Shown in pieces: positions 19,473 through 30,223 of a stretch of 64,000 bases of DNA. The notes beneath the pieces were generated by a model. That model did no database searches. It saw only the letters and a list, made by a program, of their open reading frames with translations, and had not been told where the DNA came from. The position numbers were made by a program, and so were the translations under genes. Numbering within the stretch: the first letter of the stretch is position 1; each line of letters starts with the position of its first letter. The DNA is taken from assembly GCA_963729625.1 (NCBI GenBank), contig CAVSOU010000017.1, positions 224,001 through 288,000 of the forward strand, given 5' to 3'. The DNA comes from an uncultured bacterium (lineage in GTDB: Bacteria > Chloroflexota > UBA5177 > JANWHV01).

Positions 19473-21395
19473 TTGGAGACATCGGTAATGGCTTGTCTGT
19501 CCGCGCGCCGGGCGCGCGTGCTGTTCTTCGCCTGCACGCTGACCCTGGCTGCCGTCCTCCCGGCACGTGCCGCGCCACCGGCGACGCCGTTGCCGAGCCC
19601 CAGTCCGATGGCCTTGTCCGCGATGCTGAGCAGCGCGACCAATCCACCGCGCGATCTCCTGACGCTAGCCGCGCGGCTCAAGTTGCACACGGCGTTGCCC
19701 ATAGACCCTATCGTCAACACAACGCCGACGGATTATGCCGTAGGCCGCATGGACCAATTCTACGTCTGGACTGGAAGCGGCAGCCACCTGGTAGCCGCGC
19801 GGCTCGTCTCCAAGACGGCGCACGCCTACTTCTACGTGCAGAGCGGCATCAGCGTCGACCTCAACGCGCTGGCGCGCTCGGCCTCGACGTTCGAGAACAC
19901 CATCTATCCCACTGACACGGCAGCCTTTGGCCCGGTATGGACGCCGGGTATAGACAACGACCAGCATACGACGATCTTCAACGGCAGCCTGCAGGGGTCC
20001 GGCGCCGCCGGCTACGTGTCCGCTGAAGACCTCGATCCACGATCGGCGGCGCCGCAGAGCAACCAGCGCAAGATCCTCTATATCGACCTCGGCTCGAACG
20101 ATCCCGGCTCGCAAACCTATGACCAGACGCTGGCCCACGAGTTCCAGCACGTGATTCACGCGCACCTGCACCCGACAGATGAGGCGTGGCTGAACGAGGG
20201 AAGCTCGGTGCTGGCTCAGGTTCTGAACGGCTACAGCTCTGCCGGGGCCGATGAACAGAAGGCGCAGCAGCCCGACGCGCAGCTGGACGTGTGGGATCCG
20301 ACCAGCACTATCGGCTACGGCAACGGATTTATGTGGATGCTGTACCTGTACGAGCACTTCGGTGGTACGAAGGCAACGCGCATGGAACTCGCCGACAGCG
20401 GCCTCAGCGGCATGCACCTGTTCGACGATCTTTTGCCCAAGCTCGGTTACCAGGAAACCGCCAACCAGATGTTTGCCGACTGGGTGGTGGCGAACTTCCT
20501 GAACGATCCCGCGATCGACGGCGGCCGTTACGGCTACCAGCACACGCGGGTGCACATGCTGGCGACCAGCACGCAGCCGCTGCCCTTCGCGCAAACCACC
20601 ACGATGCACCAATATGCGGCGAACTACGTCGACATCGCACAAACCGCCGGCCGGCCCTTCACCCTGACCTTCGCCGGCCGCCCGACCGTGCCTCTGCTCA
20701 GCACGACGCCGCCCGCCACCGGATTCTGGTGGAGCAATCGGGGCGACAGCGTGGACGATACGCTGACGCTGCCACCGCTCGATCTGCGCCACGTGGCGCG
20801 AGCGAGCCTGCAGTACCAGCTGTGGTACGACCTCGAAAAGGACTATGACTACGGGTACGTGGAGGTCTCCGCGGACGGCGGCGCCACGTGGTACGTGCAG
20901 CGCACGGCGCGGACGACGAACAGCAATCCGAACGGAGCCAATCTTGGCAACGGCTATACAGGCTCGAGTTGCTCGCCGGTCACGCGGGCGCGGCAGTGCT
21001 GGCTGACGGAGCAGCTCGACCTTTCGGCCTACGTGGGGAAGCGCATCCTCGTACGATTCGAGCAGGTCACGGACGACGAGCTCAATCTGCAGGGCATCGC
21101 GCTGAGCGGAATTCGCGTGCCGGAAATCGGCTTCGACGGCGACAGCACGGCGGGCGGCTGGCAGCCGGCCGGCTGGGTGCGGGTGACGAACACGCTGGCT
21201 GAGCGGTGGATCGTGCAGGCCATCGTCTACGGACCGCACGGCGTTTCCGTGCTGCAAATGCCGGTGGGTGCCGACGGCCGCGGCAGTCTGCGCATCCCCG
21301 CGGGCAGCAGCCGGGTAGTGGTGGCCGTCTCGCCCCTGGCGCCGCTGACCACCGTCGCGAACACCTACACACTCGGCGCGTCGACCGGTAATTGA
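19473..21395 (+). CDS. Secreted zinc metallopeptidase (M30/immune-inhibitor-A-like) with C-terminal beta-sandwich
   Basis: Signal peptide; LAHEFQH...WLNEGSS; WYDLEKDYDYGYVEVS.DGG.TW domain. Confidence 0.85.
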   Translation: METSVMACLSARRARVLFFACTLTLAAVLPARAAPPATPLPSPSPMALSAMLSSATNPPRDLLTLAARLKLHTALPIDPIVNTTPTDYAVGRMDQFYVWTGSGSHLVAARLVSKTAHAYFYVQSGISVDLNALARSASTFENTIYPTDTAAFGPVWTPGIDNDQHTTIFNGSLQGSGAAGYVSAEDLDPRSAAPQSNQRKILYIDLGSNDPGSQTYDQTLAHEFQHVIHAHLHPTDEAWLNEGSSVLAQVLNGYSSAGADEQKAQQPDAQLDVWDPTSTIGYGNGFMWMLYLYEHFGGTKATRMELADSGLSGMHLFDDLLPKLGYQETANQMFADWVVANFLNDPAIDGGRYGYQHTRVHMLATSTQPLPFAQTTTMHQYAANYVDIAQTAGRPFTLTFAGRPTVPLLSTTPPATGFWWSNRGDSVDDTLTLPPLDLRHVARASLQYQLWYDLEKDYDYGYVEVSADGGATWYVQRTARTTNSNPNGANLGNGYTGSSCSPVTRARQCWLTEQLDLSAYVGKRILVRFEQVTDDELNLQGIALSGIRVPEIGFDGDSTAGGWQPAGWVRVTNTLAERWIVQAIVYGPHGVSVLQMPVGADGRGSLRIPAGSSRVVVAVSPLAPLTTVANTYTLGASTGN

Positions 21396-21432
21396 CCAGG
21401 CGAGGACACCGTGCCGAGCGAGCCCCGTCGCA

Positions 21433-23541
21433 TCAGCCGCCTGCTGGCCTTGCAGGACCGGCTTTCACCCGCCGCTTACCGTTTCCGTCGATGATCTGGT
21501 GCCAGGCATCGTTCTCAGGACCACCGAATATCTCGGAAAGGGCCTTTGGAACAAGTTTGTTGGCGCGAGCATTGCGGTCAGTCTGAAATGCAGGTAGGGC
21601 CTTCTCCAAGACACCGATGATACGTCCCCAGAAGCACCCGTCGGCGCGCATGTACTCCATAGCCTGGCGGTCTGCCCGCAGGGCATTGATCGCGCGCCGC
21701 TCATAGGCGGCGAGTGCGTCTTGATCGACGTCCACGTTACTGTGAGCGTCCTCACCAGCCATCTCGGCAGCCGTGCTTAGCTCAGCCCGGAATCGCTCTC
21801 GTAGCTCGCAGGAAAACGTCGGCACCCCTGCCCTGCCGTAGTGCGGGTCGAGCGGCGAATACATGTTCTCGAAAGACAGAACTCGGATGGCCACAGGGTA
21901 GGCCTGTCCGCCAACCGAACTCCAGAAGACGCCCTGTCCCGGTATCGGCTCATTGAGCAAGCCGCTCAGCAGATCGTCACTAAAGTGAGCATTGGCACGC
22001 TGCAGGGTCATCAGGTCGGCCGACGATAGCAGATGGAAGACAAACCAATTGTCGCCCTGGCTCAGGATTTCACCTGGAATGCTGCCGGGCTGCTGGGTAA
22101 CCAGCATTGCACCCAGATCGTACTTCCGTCCTTCCTTGATCCAGGCGATAAAGGGCTCAGACGAGGCATCTCCCTCGTGCAAGACGGATTGCGCTTCCTC
22201 AATGACCGCGATGGTCGGGATGGTGCGCGACTCGGCCTCGGTGAATTGTTGCTGATTATGGTCGAAGATGCGGCGCAAGATCAACCCGGACAAGATCATC
22301 GCCTGGCTGCCACGCAATTGGCTCACGTCGACAACGCAGAGCTTGCCTTCACGCAACGCAACCAGGAGCATGTCGAGGAACTGGCTGCGGGAATCATGGA
22401 TGGTGTGCACGATCTGGACAATATTGCTGCGCGCCGCAAGCGCTTCCGCCTCCTGTTTGACCGGGTCCAGGTCGAGAAGCCGGCACATATCCTCGATAGG
22501 GGTCTGGTATCCTCCCGCCGCGACAACTTTCACCAGCTCTTCCCATCGCCCCTGCGGCAGAGCACGCAGCTTACGCACGTTCTGCTGGTCTTGGCGCTCG
22601 GGTGACACGGCGATAGAGATGACGTCGCCAGCCGACATACGGCGCAGATCCAGCTTGATCGGGCCGGCCACGAACGACTGGTAGAACGGGCTTGGGCCCT
22701 TGCGCGACGTGAAGACGACGACCTTGTCCTGGAGATCAGGCACATCGCAGAGGCCCGGCCGTCCTTTATCGTCCGGCCAGAAGTATTCCCCGTCCGGATC
22801 GAAGATCACGGTGCCGACCGGGACCTCTCTGTCGCCGCGTTTGCGCACGGTCGGCGTGGTCGCGTACAGCGTGCTGAACAGCAACTTGTTGAGGTTGGAC
22901 TTGCCGAAACCGGCACGCGCGAAGATGAACGAGCGCCGCGCCACCAGGCTCTGAACAGGAAACTTCACCAGAATCTCGGGCGTCTTCACCTGCATGCCGT
23001 CCAGCAGGCTCGCGTCTGCGCTCCGATCGCAGTAGATGTACTCGCCCAGCGCGAAGTGCCCGATTGGCGCCCCATCTACGTTGTGCCCGGCGATCTCGCG
23101 CAATACTTCGCCAGTGGGGAAGGCCACCGGGCTGCCGACGTGGGGCAGCCGGCGATGCGACGGCAGAAATGTGATTCCAGGTCTATCCGCAATGGCATGA
23201 CTGCGCAGGACGCCGAGGATGCGGATGTTGACGCGATACTTCAGATACTGTTCTCGCAGGTCTTCGGGCACCTCACGATGCTCGAGCACGGCTCTAATGG
23301 TGAACTCTTCGCCAGAGCCGAACGACAGCTTGCCCTCGCTGGAGAAGGAGGCAATCCGCCCCAGCACGGCCTCTTCGGGTGTCTCCAACTGCACCAACAG
23401 GAACTGTCCGTGCATGGGAGAACTCTGGAACTCATTCCGGTATGGCAGAGCCAGCTCGGCATGGAACTCCAGCCCACCCTCGCGGAATCCCCGGAAGACG
23501 CCGACGATGAGGTCCTGGCTGAAGAGCTTGAGTGCCGCCAA
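21433..23541 (-). CDS. herA: HerA/FtsK-family ATPase (DUF87)
   Basis: N-terminal HAS-barrel-like region, Walker A ARAGFGKSN, FDPDGEY, Walker B IAVIEEAQ, Arg finger KEGRKY, TQQP. Confidence 0.88.
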   Translation of the reverse strand: MAALKLFSQDLIVGVFRGFREGGLEFHAELALPYRNEFQSSPMHGQFLLVQLETPEEAVLGRIASFSSEGKLSFGSGEEFTIRAVLEHREVPEDLREQYLKYRVNIRILGVLRSHAIADRPGITFLPSHRRLPHVGSPVAFPTGEVLREIAGHNVDGAPIGHFALGEYIYCDRSADASLLDGMQVKTPEILVKFPVQSLVARRSFIFARAGFGKSNLNKLLFSTLYATTPTVRKRGDREVPVGTVIFDPDGEYFWPDDKGRPGLCDVPDLQDKVVVFTSRKGPSPFYQSFVAGPIKLDLRRMSAGDVISIAVSPERQDQQNVRKLRALPQGRWEELVKVVAAGGYQTPIEDMCRLLDLDPVKQEAEALAARSNIVQIVHTIHDSRSQFLDMLLVALREGKLCVVDVSQLRGSQAMILSGLILRRIFDHNQQQFTEAESRTIPTIAVIEEAQSVLHEGDASSEPFIAWIKEGRKYDLGAMLVTQQPGSIPGEILSQGDNWFVFHLLSSADLMTLQRANAHFSDDLLSGLLNEPIPGQGVFWSSVGGQAYPVAIRVLSFENMYSPLDPHYGRAGVPTFSCELRERFRAELSTAAEMAGEDAHSNVDVDQDALAAYERRAINALRADRQAMEYMRADGCFWGRIIGVLEKALPAFQTDRNARANKLVPKALSEIFGGPENDAWHQIIDGNGKRRVKAGPARPAGG

Positions 23542-23555
23542 TTGCAGCCTCCCTT

Positions 23556-24698
23556 CTACGAATAGCGGGCCTGCGCTGGATCTTCGTCGCGTAACCGGAA
23601 GATGTCCAGGGCAGATGACTGCAGACCAAGCGACGTCCGGATTCCTTCGAAGATCTCGTCCTGCAGGATGTCGAGGTCGAATCCCACCAAAGCCGCGTGG
23701 TCGTGTGCCTGTTGCAAACAGCGTGGATAGAACGGCACGGGAAAGCCCTGCACCGCGTCATACAGCAGCGAACCCAGTATCACTTGCGCGGAGAGTACCT
23801 GCGGTTCATACACGTCGACGGGCCAGATGGGGTCACGCGTCGCCGAACCGAACTTCGCCCAGAAGAGCCTGCCCGCCACACGCAGGTTTCCGCCCTCGTG
23901 GTCACGTCCGGCATTGAGCCCAATCCTGTACTGCGATCGATGGCCGGCTCGCTCCTCCAGCTCGCGCGGCACCTCGACATAGGCGGCGTACGGCACCGCA
24001 AGCACGCCTTCCAATGCCATCGCCAGCCGGTAGCGGTCGAGGACCTTGCTGCGCTTGGCCACGCCGACGAGGTATACGCGGCTGTGGTTGCGCTGCCAGT
24101 GGCGGTCAATCGATTCCGACATCCCCTCCATCAGGCGCGCAAAAAGGTCCCGGGCAAACACCACGCTGCGCAAGAGTCCGTCGAACACGATCAGCGTGTC
24201 ATTGCCGAAGTCCTTGGTCCGCACGAGATAGAACAGCACGGCCCACTCGATAAGCTCGCGATACGTTCTGATCCAGCCGGGATTGGCGGCCCGACCATCC
24301 GTACTGGCCTGAATCAGCTGGCTCAGTTCTGAGAGATGGCGGACACCAAGATACGCCATCATCTCGCCCAGCCGGGTGGCCTCTCCCTCACTGCCGAACT
24401 GGTGCGCGCTCAGCTCGTCAATGTTGGTGTTCGGCGTGACGACCTCCAGGCAGTGGCTGTTGTTGGCCGAGTCGACCACGCGGACCATCTGGATGAGGAA
24501 CGGGTCAAACTGCAGCTGATTGTTGCCGCCGTCCGCGGCGACCAGCGAAATGGAGCTGGTATTGCGCTGCTGGATGCGGCGCGTTTCGCCCACCAGCGGC
24601 TGTATCTCAGCTCGCAGCTTGTCGAGCAGGTGCCGGTCCGCGGCAATGCTCGCCGCGATGGACCGGCGCAGCTTCTCACGTTCGTCGGTGTCGATCAT
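23556..24698 (-). CDS. nurA: NurA-family nuclease
   Basis: Catalytic VAADGG and IVFDGLL motifs, GVAKRS, C-terminal GFPVPFYP..L..AH; ends 14 nt before herA. Confidence 0.8.
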   Translation of the reverse strand: MIDTDEREKLRRSIAASIAADRHLLDKLRAEIQPLVGETRRIQQRNTSSISLVAADGGNNQLQFDPFLIQMVRVVDSANNSHCLEVVTPNTNIDELSAHQFGSEGEATRLGEMMAYLGVRHLSELSQLIQASTDGRAANPGWIRTYRELIEWAVLFYLVRTKDFGNDTLIVFDGLLRSVVFARDLFARLMEGMSESIDRHWQRNHSRVYLVGVAKRSKVLDRYRLAMALEGVLAVPYAAYVEVPRELEERAGHRSQYRIGLNAGRDHEGGNLRVAGRLFWAKFGSATRDPIWPVDVYEPQVLSAQVILGSLLYDAVQGFPVPFYPRCLQQAHDHAALVGFDLDILQDEIFEGIRTSLGLQSSALDIFRLRDEDPAQARYS

Positions 24699-24800
24699 GC
24701 GCGGCCATCCCCCTCGTCACTGAATCACGCGCACAGGCGTATTCGCGACGATTTGCCCCTATCCGTGCCATCGTACGCCTTGGGCGTGTTGTCGCCAATC

Positions 24801-26669
24801 CTACGAATGGCTGAAGAAGGCGCGGCCTTGCGGAAAAATGGGCTCTACCAACAACGAGCGATCGAGGTACTTATTACCGCGCTCGCACGCCGTCTCGGGA
24901 GCGAACAAACAACTGTGGCAGGCCGCGCCGTGCAGGGTCAAGCTGTGCTGGCTCGGCAGATGCTCGGCGCACAGGGGATCGGACGAACACAACCCGGCCT
25001 CTTCCAGCGCGAGATCAAGCAACCGGCCAAGCGTCTCAGGTTCACCAAGGCTGACGAGGCCGCCGAGTGTGCCCTCGCTGTCCGGCGCCGCCGTGTAGAT
25101 CAGCACGCCCGCCATCGGCCCATCTTCATCAAGCGGAGGAAGCGAGTAGATTCGCTCGCAGATGCTTGAGGCGGTGTATCCGCACTCGAGAGAGAGCCGG
25201 CGCATCAAGGCGTGCGAGAAGGAATGCAGAAGCACGTAACGCAGACCGGGAAAGTTGCTTCCTGCCGGGACCAGATGATGGCTCGTTCGCCAGGCCTTGT
25301 GGCCCTGAAAGAACTCCGCCCGCCAGCTTTCGAGCGCCGGCTGTTCCTCCCACGCCTGTATTGCTTCCTCACGGAAGCGGATGAAGATGCCTTCACCCCG
25401 CACCTCCGAGGCTGGGACCCATTTGGGGTCCTGTCTGGAAAGCGGCGCTCTCCGGTCCACCGGCACCTCTTCCGTTTCGGAGATATCGCCGGGCGAGACG
25501 ATGCGCGTAAAGCCGAGTAGAGCCCGCACTTCGCGCAGACGCTCCACGAGTACGACGCCGCTTATCTGCTCGCTATACCCCGCGGGCGGGGCCACCGGCC
25601 GCAAGCGGAAATCTCGCGTCTCCTGGTCAGGATCGGGGTCGGAGAATATTCGCCACTCCGCGGTGCGCAACTTGCCGGGCTTCCGCGACTCGGCCAGTGT
25701 GCCGCCGCCGCGGTGCCGCTCAATGGCCTCCCACAATTCGGTGTTATCGACCGAAGCAAATGCCGGCAAATGGCCCAGTTCCCTCAGCAAGGCGAGGCGG
25801 TCCGGATTCGTGACCTTGCTCAGCGTGACCCACTGTTGCTCGACCAGCCGCCCCAGCGCATCATGAGCGCTGGGAATGGCCAAAGCCGACACGCTCACAG
25901 GGAACCAGAAGTTGGACGCCCCGAGCAGAATGGCCCGATGTTGCTCCTGGCAGGTCTTGTCACTGTAGTCGCGAAGATGCGGTCTGCGGCCGCTGCAGTT
26001 GAGATGGTGCAGGGCGCTGTCGGGCCCAAAGGCTTCGGCCATGCTGCGCCGTGCCTGGCAATTCTCACACTCGACCGTCACTTCCGCCGCTTCGCCGGAC
26101 ACACCGAACTCATGGAGCTTCAGCCGCGGTGCCTGACAGACGGTGGCGTACCCCTTGTGCACGTACCAGACCCAGGGGAAGTCGTCGAGGTGACCAGCCT
26201 GGCAGGCAACGAGGAACCGCGCCGGAATGGCCGCCGGTTTGGGTGGCTTTCGCGTGCAGTTGTGATGAATATAGCGCGAGCGGTCAGTGCGGTAGGGGTC
26301 GATAGTAAGTTTAAAGAGTTCACTGCTCACCGGCGCCAGGCGCCGGCAGAAGGGGCAGACCAGCCAGCGAGGGAAGGTCGCGACCGGGATCCCGACGTCG
26401 TTGGCTTGGCCGTAGGGGCCGCCTAGATCCCCGTCCAGCAGGTGAGGTGCCGCACGCATACTTTCCACCTGCGTACCGAGTACCTGGCGCACCGCCTCGA
26501 GCAGCCGATCCTCGCCGATTTCCTGTGCGTAGGTGCCGTCCCAGTCCTCCAGGCCCATCACCAACGTGGCCATGTTGGGCAGATCGATAATCGCGCCGAC
26601 GCCGAACGTCACGAGAGTCTGGCTGGGCCGCACTTCGCCGACGCGGCTGCTTCGCGACGCAGGTTTCAC
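24801..26669 (-). CDS. drmB: DISARM DUF1998 protein
   Basis: N-terminal RPSQ...FGVGA; C-terminal LLHSFSHALM...CSSDPLC...AACHSC...CERGN..LDR; overlaps the drmA stop (GTGA). Confidence 0.93.
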   Translation of the reverse strand: MKPASRSSRVGEVRPSQTLVTFGVGAIIDLPNMATLVMGLEDWDGTYAQEIGEDRLLEAVRQVLGTQVESMRAAPHLLDGDLGGPYGQANDVGIPVATFPRWLVCPFCRRLAPVSSELFKLTIDPYRTDRSRYIHHNCTRKPPKPAAIPARFLVACQAGHLDDFPWVWYVHKGYATVCQAPRLKLHEFGVSGEAAEVTVECENCQARRSMAEAFGPDSALHHLNCSGRRPHLRDYSDKTCQEQHRAILLGASNFWFPVSVSALAIPSAHDALGRLVEQQWVTLSKVTNPDRLALLRELGHLPAFASVDNTELWEAIERHRGGGTLAESRKPGKLRTAEWRIFSDPDPDQETRDFRLRPVAPPAGYSEQISGVVLVERLREVRALLGFTRIVSPGDISETEEVPVDRRAPLSRQDPKWVPASEVRGEGIFIRFREEAIQAWEEQPALESWRAEFFQGHKAWRTSHHLVPAGSNFPGLRYVLLHSFSHALMRRLSLECGYTASSICERIYSLPPLDEDGPMAGVLIYTAAPDSEGTLGGLVSLGEPETLGRLLDLALEEAGLCSSDPLCAEHLPSQHSLTLHGAACHSCLFAPETACERGNKYLDRSLLVEPIFPQGRAFFSHS

Positions 26670-29600
26670 TCCGCTGCCTCCTCGCCGACATCGGGCTCCC
26701 GTTCATCAACGAGGCTCCACGCACGAGTTTCGTCCAGGTTTCCTTCTCTGAGGATGAGACCGACTTCCGGCTCGACATCGCGGACGGAGTTGAGACAGGT
26801 AAATGGCGGCCAGCTGCCCAGCTCCGGCTGCGACAAGAGGCCGACGGTCACTCCATCCTGTTTCGGCCGATAACCCAGACGCTTTCCGCCCGTCGTATCC
26901 GCGGCGCGAGCGATCCACGTTCGGACCAGATCGCGGAGATCGTGCTCAACGCGAGCCCTTGCCAGGCCACCGTCCACAGCCTCAGCGCGAGCACCAACCG
27001 CTGCGATTGCTCGCTCAAACAGCACATGCTCGCCGGTGAATGCCGCCGCCCCGTCGTTTGCCGCGAAATCTGGCAGGCTGAGCCGTACAAGGGCAACCAG
27101 CACCGATGCCAGGCCGCGGTCCAGCGCCCGGGCGGCGAAGGGAGTGACCGACAGCGCCTCGACATGCCGATAAAACGTGGCATGAAAATGCTCGAAGTGC
27201 TCGTAGTGCGAGAGGTCGCGTGGTCTTGCCCAATTGAAGACGGTGCACACAAGCCCAGGAAAGCTGCGTCCCACACGGCTAGTGGCCTGAATGTATTCCG
27301 CCGTGCTCTTCGGCTGACCCGCCACTACCATCAGGCCCAGCCGCTTGACGTCGACGCCGACCGACACCATGTTGGTGGCCAGCAACACGTCCAGGGGGGA
27401 TTGCGTCGCCGACTTCGAGCCGAGCGCGCTCGCTTTCCCACCCGCGGATCCATCTTTCGCCGAGCCGAAGCGCACTTCCAGCCGATCGAGCAGACGCGGA
27501 ATGTCGGCCGCGCTCTTGCGTGAAGTCAGCTCTTCGAGCCTCGGCGTGCCGCGTTTGGCCAGGCCATGCAGGTCCATGCGCTGCAGGCGCGAGCGTACAT
27601 CGTCCTCGACCAGCCGTCGCATGCCTCCCAGCTCCCGCATGGAGTTGAAGTAACCCACCAGCGTCATCCAGGGGTCCGTGGCCACATCATATTTCACATA
27701 CAGCTGCTGGGCAGCCGCGAGATAGGCTACGTAGACCCGAATGAGGGCGGCTTTGAGGCGCCGGCCCGGCGCGCATATGCCCAGGTAGCGGCGGCCGGGG
27801 CGCGTGTCGTCAGGCTGGACCTGCCGGGAGAAGAAGTTGTCGCTCGCGTCAAGTCCCTGTGGCGGGAACACCTGCACGCGCCGCAAGAACAATGAACCCA
27901 TCTGCTCGCCTGCCCGCCGGATAGTGGCGGTGGAGGCGATGACCTTCGGTCGCACAATCCGGCCATCCACACTCCAGGTGGAGAGCTGATCCACCGCTGT
28001 CTCGTACAGACCGACCAGAGCGCCGAGAGGTCCATTGATCAGGTGAAGCTCGTCCTGAATGATCAGGTCCGGCGGACGCAACTGCGGGTGCGGGATGGTG
28101 CGCACCGCTGAGAGCTGATTGTATTTAGGATGGGAGTCGGAATCGGGCAGGTCCGGCGAGCGGAAACCGTGCCGTGGGCACATGCCTGTAACGCGGCCAA
28201 AGAGCATCTGCGTGGCGCCGCGCCAGGGCATCTGGGCGAACTTGTCAACCGTAGCAATGAGCAGTGCCGGCAGCAGGCGATAGATTTCTTCGTCCACCAG
28301 CAGCACTGGCAGTCCTTCGCCCTTTGCCTGGTAGCGGGAGAACAGGCACTCGCCCATGACCTGGCCGCAGTAGATGAGCGTGCGACCGCGGCCGGCTTTC
28401 AACGTCTCGACGTCGATATCCTTTCCCTGGTCGATAGGGCTTCCACACCAGGGGCAATAGGTTAGCTGTGCAGGCGAGCCGCTCCCACCGCCGCCAAACT
28501 GACCGTGCGACTGTTTGATTGCTTCGTTACTCTGGTCCGTGGTATTGGGAGTGGTGCGTTGGCCAACCCAAAGCCCGATACGAAACGGCACCGTGCCCCA
28601 GCGGCCATCCCCCCGATCGAGAGCCGCGCGCCGAAGGTGCTCGCAGGCGCAGATCAGCGTCGCGGCGCGCTGGAACTGCTGGAGCGTGAGCAGGCGCAGG
28701 GTGTAGCGCATGAGCACCGCCACTCCATGCTCCCCGTCGTACCCGGCGACCGTTCCTTGCAGGCGCCGCATCGCCAGCGTATAGGCGGTGAGACCAAGGT
28801 ACGCCTCCGTCTTGCCGCCGCCGGTGGGGAACCACAAGAGGTCGGCCGTGGCCTCGGCACCTCCCGTGCGCTCGCTGTGCCCGAGATCGGTGAGGCCAGG
28901 CAGGTTCAGCAAGATGAAGGCCAGCTGGAACGGGCGCCAGCTGCGGTTCTCCGGCACGTCGAGGCTTTCAAGACTCGGCTTTTCGCCGCGCCGAACGGCA
29001 TCCGCCAGCAAGGTGTGAACGCGCTGCTGCCACATCGCGCGGTTCATGAACTGAAAGGCAGACGTCGCATTCCCGTCCCTGCCGAGCAGCTCGACGCCGG
29101 CGCCGATCCGCGTGCAGGCCGCGCTGCAGCGGTCCAGTACCTCCAAGGGCACGCTGCCAAAGGCCGTCAGCCCGCGGCCCGGGTCCGCCATCTCACTGCG
29201 TCGCTGCTCGATCCACGTGGCGTAGGCGCGCGGCAACTCGCGCAAGGTAGCCTGCAGCGCCTCGAGGGGCAGCTCCGCCAACACCTTCATGTCCAACGTC
29301 AGGTCAGCTAGCGCGGGTATCTCCGCGGCCGTAGGCGCCACCGTCTGGGGCAGGTCGTAGCTGGGCACGACCTGCGTGCCGACGCGTAGCGCACGCCCTG
29401 CATGGTCAGGGTCGGGCGTCACCTCCACGGAAACGCCGTGACCCACGGCGTACTCGCTGTGGCTGCGGTAGAGCATGGCCAATGCCAGCTCTTCGGCCCG
29501 CTCGTCCGGCTTGCCGTGGGCCAATTGCTCGGGACGCAACCGCGAGACGAAGATTGGGGCGCCGTCCGGGGATTCGGCCACGATCTCAGCCTGGAAGAGC

Positions 29601-30223
29601 CAGGCACTGTCTTTGCTACGCCTGCGCGCCGGCTGGCTATTCACCAGGAAGATCGAGATCACCCAGTTCTGATCGATCTGGCGAACGATACCCTCGAGCC
29701 GCACGCCCCTTTCTTCCGGATCGATCTCCAGCCCAATCTTCCGCTTTCGCACTTCGAGCGTCTCCACAACCTCGACCGGCGCGCGCTTCCACACGTGCTT
29801 GGGCGCGCCTTTGTCCGTCGAAGCTGTCTCGCTGGGTGCGCGTTCGTACCGTCCCCAGCGGCACGTAACGCGCAACTCAGCCGTTTCCGGGGCCACGGCG
29901 AAGGTCAGGCCGATGGAGGACGGTGCGTAGGACTGCGTAACCGGCGTGTCGACATCTGTGGGTCCATCCTCGGGCGCTCCAGCGCCACCCTCGGCATGGT
30001 CGTCGTCATCGGACGCCTGGACCTCGCTGTTCCTGGGCGCCAGCATGCCCACGAGGTAGCGGTCGCGCAGAGATCGGTCGTCGACTTCCTCTTGAGGCCC
30101 GCCTGCCGGGCCCAGAAGATCCAGGAGGACAGCGCGCTGCAGCTCGTCGCGAATGGCGGCTGGACATGGGATGCCCAGTTGCGTTCTGCTCTCGGGCACG
30201 TCGGTAGTACCTAGAGATCCCAT
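26666..30223 (-). CDS. drmA: DISARM SF2 helicase
   Basis: DLLGP, WRPFQLAFIL, PTGGGKTEAY, QDELH, ATNMVSVGVD, QATSRVGR; start 30223 or 30232. Confidence 0.93.
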   Translation of the reverse strand: MGSLGTTDVPESRTQLGIPCPAAIRDELQRAVLLDLLGPAGGPQEEVDDRSLRDRYLVGMLAPRNSEVQASDDDDHAEGGAGAPEDGPTDVDTPVTQSYAPSSIGLTFAVAPETAELRVTCRWGRYERAPSETASTDKGAPKHVWKRAPVEVVETLEVRKRKIGLEIDPEERGVRLEGIVRQIDQNWVISIFLVNSQPARRRSKDSAWLFQAEIVAESPDGAPIFVSRLRPEQLAHGKPDERAEELALAMLYRSHSEYAVGHGVSVEVTPDPDHAGRALRVGTQVVPSYDLPQTVAPTAAEIPALADLTLDMKVLAELPLEALQATLRELPRAYATWIEQRRSEMADPGRGLTAFGSVPLEVLDRCSAACTRIGAGVELLGRDGNATSAFQFMNRAMWQQRVHTLLADAVRRGEKPSLESLDVPENRSWRPFQLAFILLNLPGLTDLGHSERTGGAEATADLLWFPTGGGKTEAYLGLTAYTLAMRRLQGTVAGYDGEHGVAVLMRYTLRLLTLQQFQRAATLICACEHLRRAALDRGDGRWGTVPFRIGLWVGQRTTPNTTDQSNEAIKQSHGQFGGGGSGSPAQLTYCPWCGSPIDQGKDIDVETLKAGRGRTLIYCGQVMGECLFSRYQAKGEGLPVLLVDEEIYRLLPALLIATVDKFAQMPWRGATQMLFGRVTGMCPRHGFRSPDLPDSDSHPKYNQLSAVRTIPHPQLRPPDLIIQDELHLINGPLGALVGLYETAVDQLSTWSVDGRIVRPKVIASTATIRRAGEQMGSLFLRRVQVFPPQGLDASDNFFSRQVQPDDTRPGRRYLGICAPGRRLKAALIRVYVAYLAAAQQLYVKYDVATDPWMTLVGYFNSMRELGGMRRLVEDDVRSRLQRMDLHGLAKRGTPRLEELTSRKSAADIPRLLDRLEVRFGSAKDGSAGGKASALGSKSATQSPLDVLLATNMVSVGVDVKRLGLMVVAGQPKSTAEYIQATSRVGRSFPGLVCTVFNWARPRDLSHYEHFEHFHATFYRHVEALSVTPFAARALDRGLASVLVALVRLSLPDFAANDGAAAFTGEHVLFERAIAAVGARAEAVDGGLARARVEHDLRDLVRTWIARAADTTGGKRLGYRPKQDGVTVGLLSQPELGSWPPFTCLNSVRDVEPEVGLILREGNLDETRAWSLVDEREPDVGEEAAE

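Noticed and set aside
21396-21432. Integration (att) site at the island's left edge
   Set aside because: No tRNA, no integrase and no matching direct repeat at the right edge (42442-42560) found by eye.
24699-24800. Hidden drmC between drmB and nurA
   Set aside because: The gap is only 102 nt, and no HKD motif was found in nearby frames.
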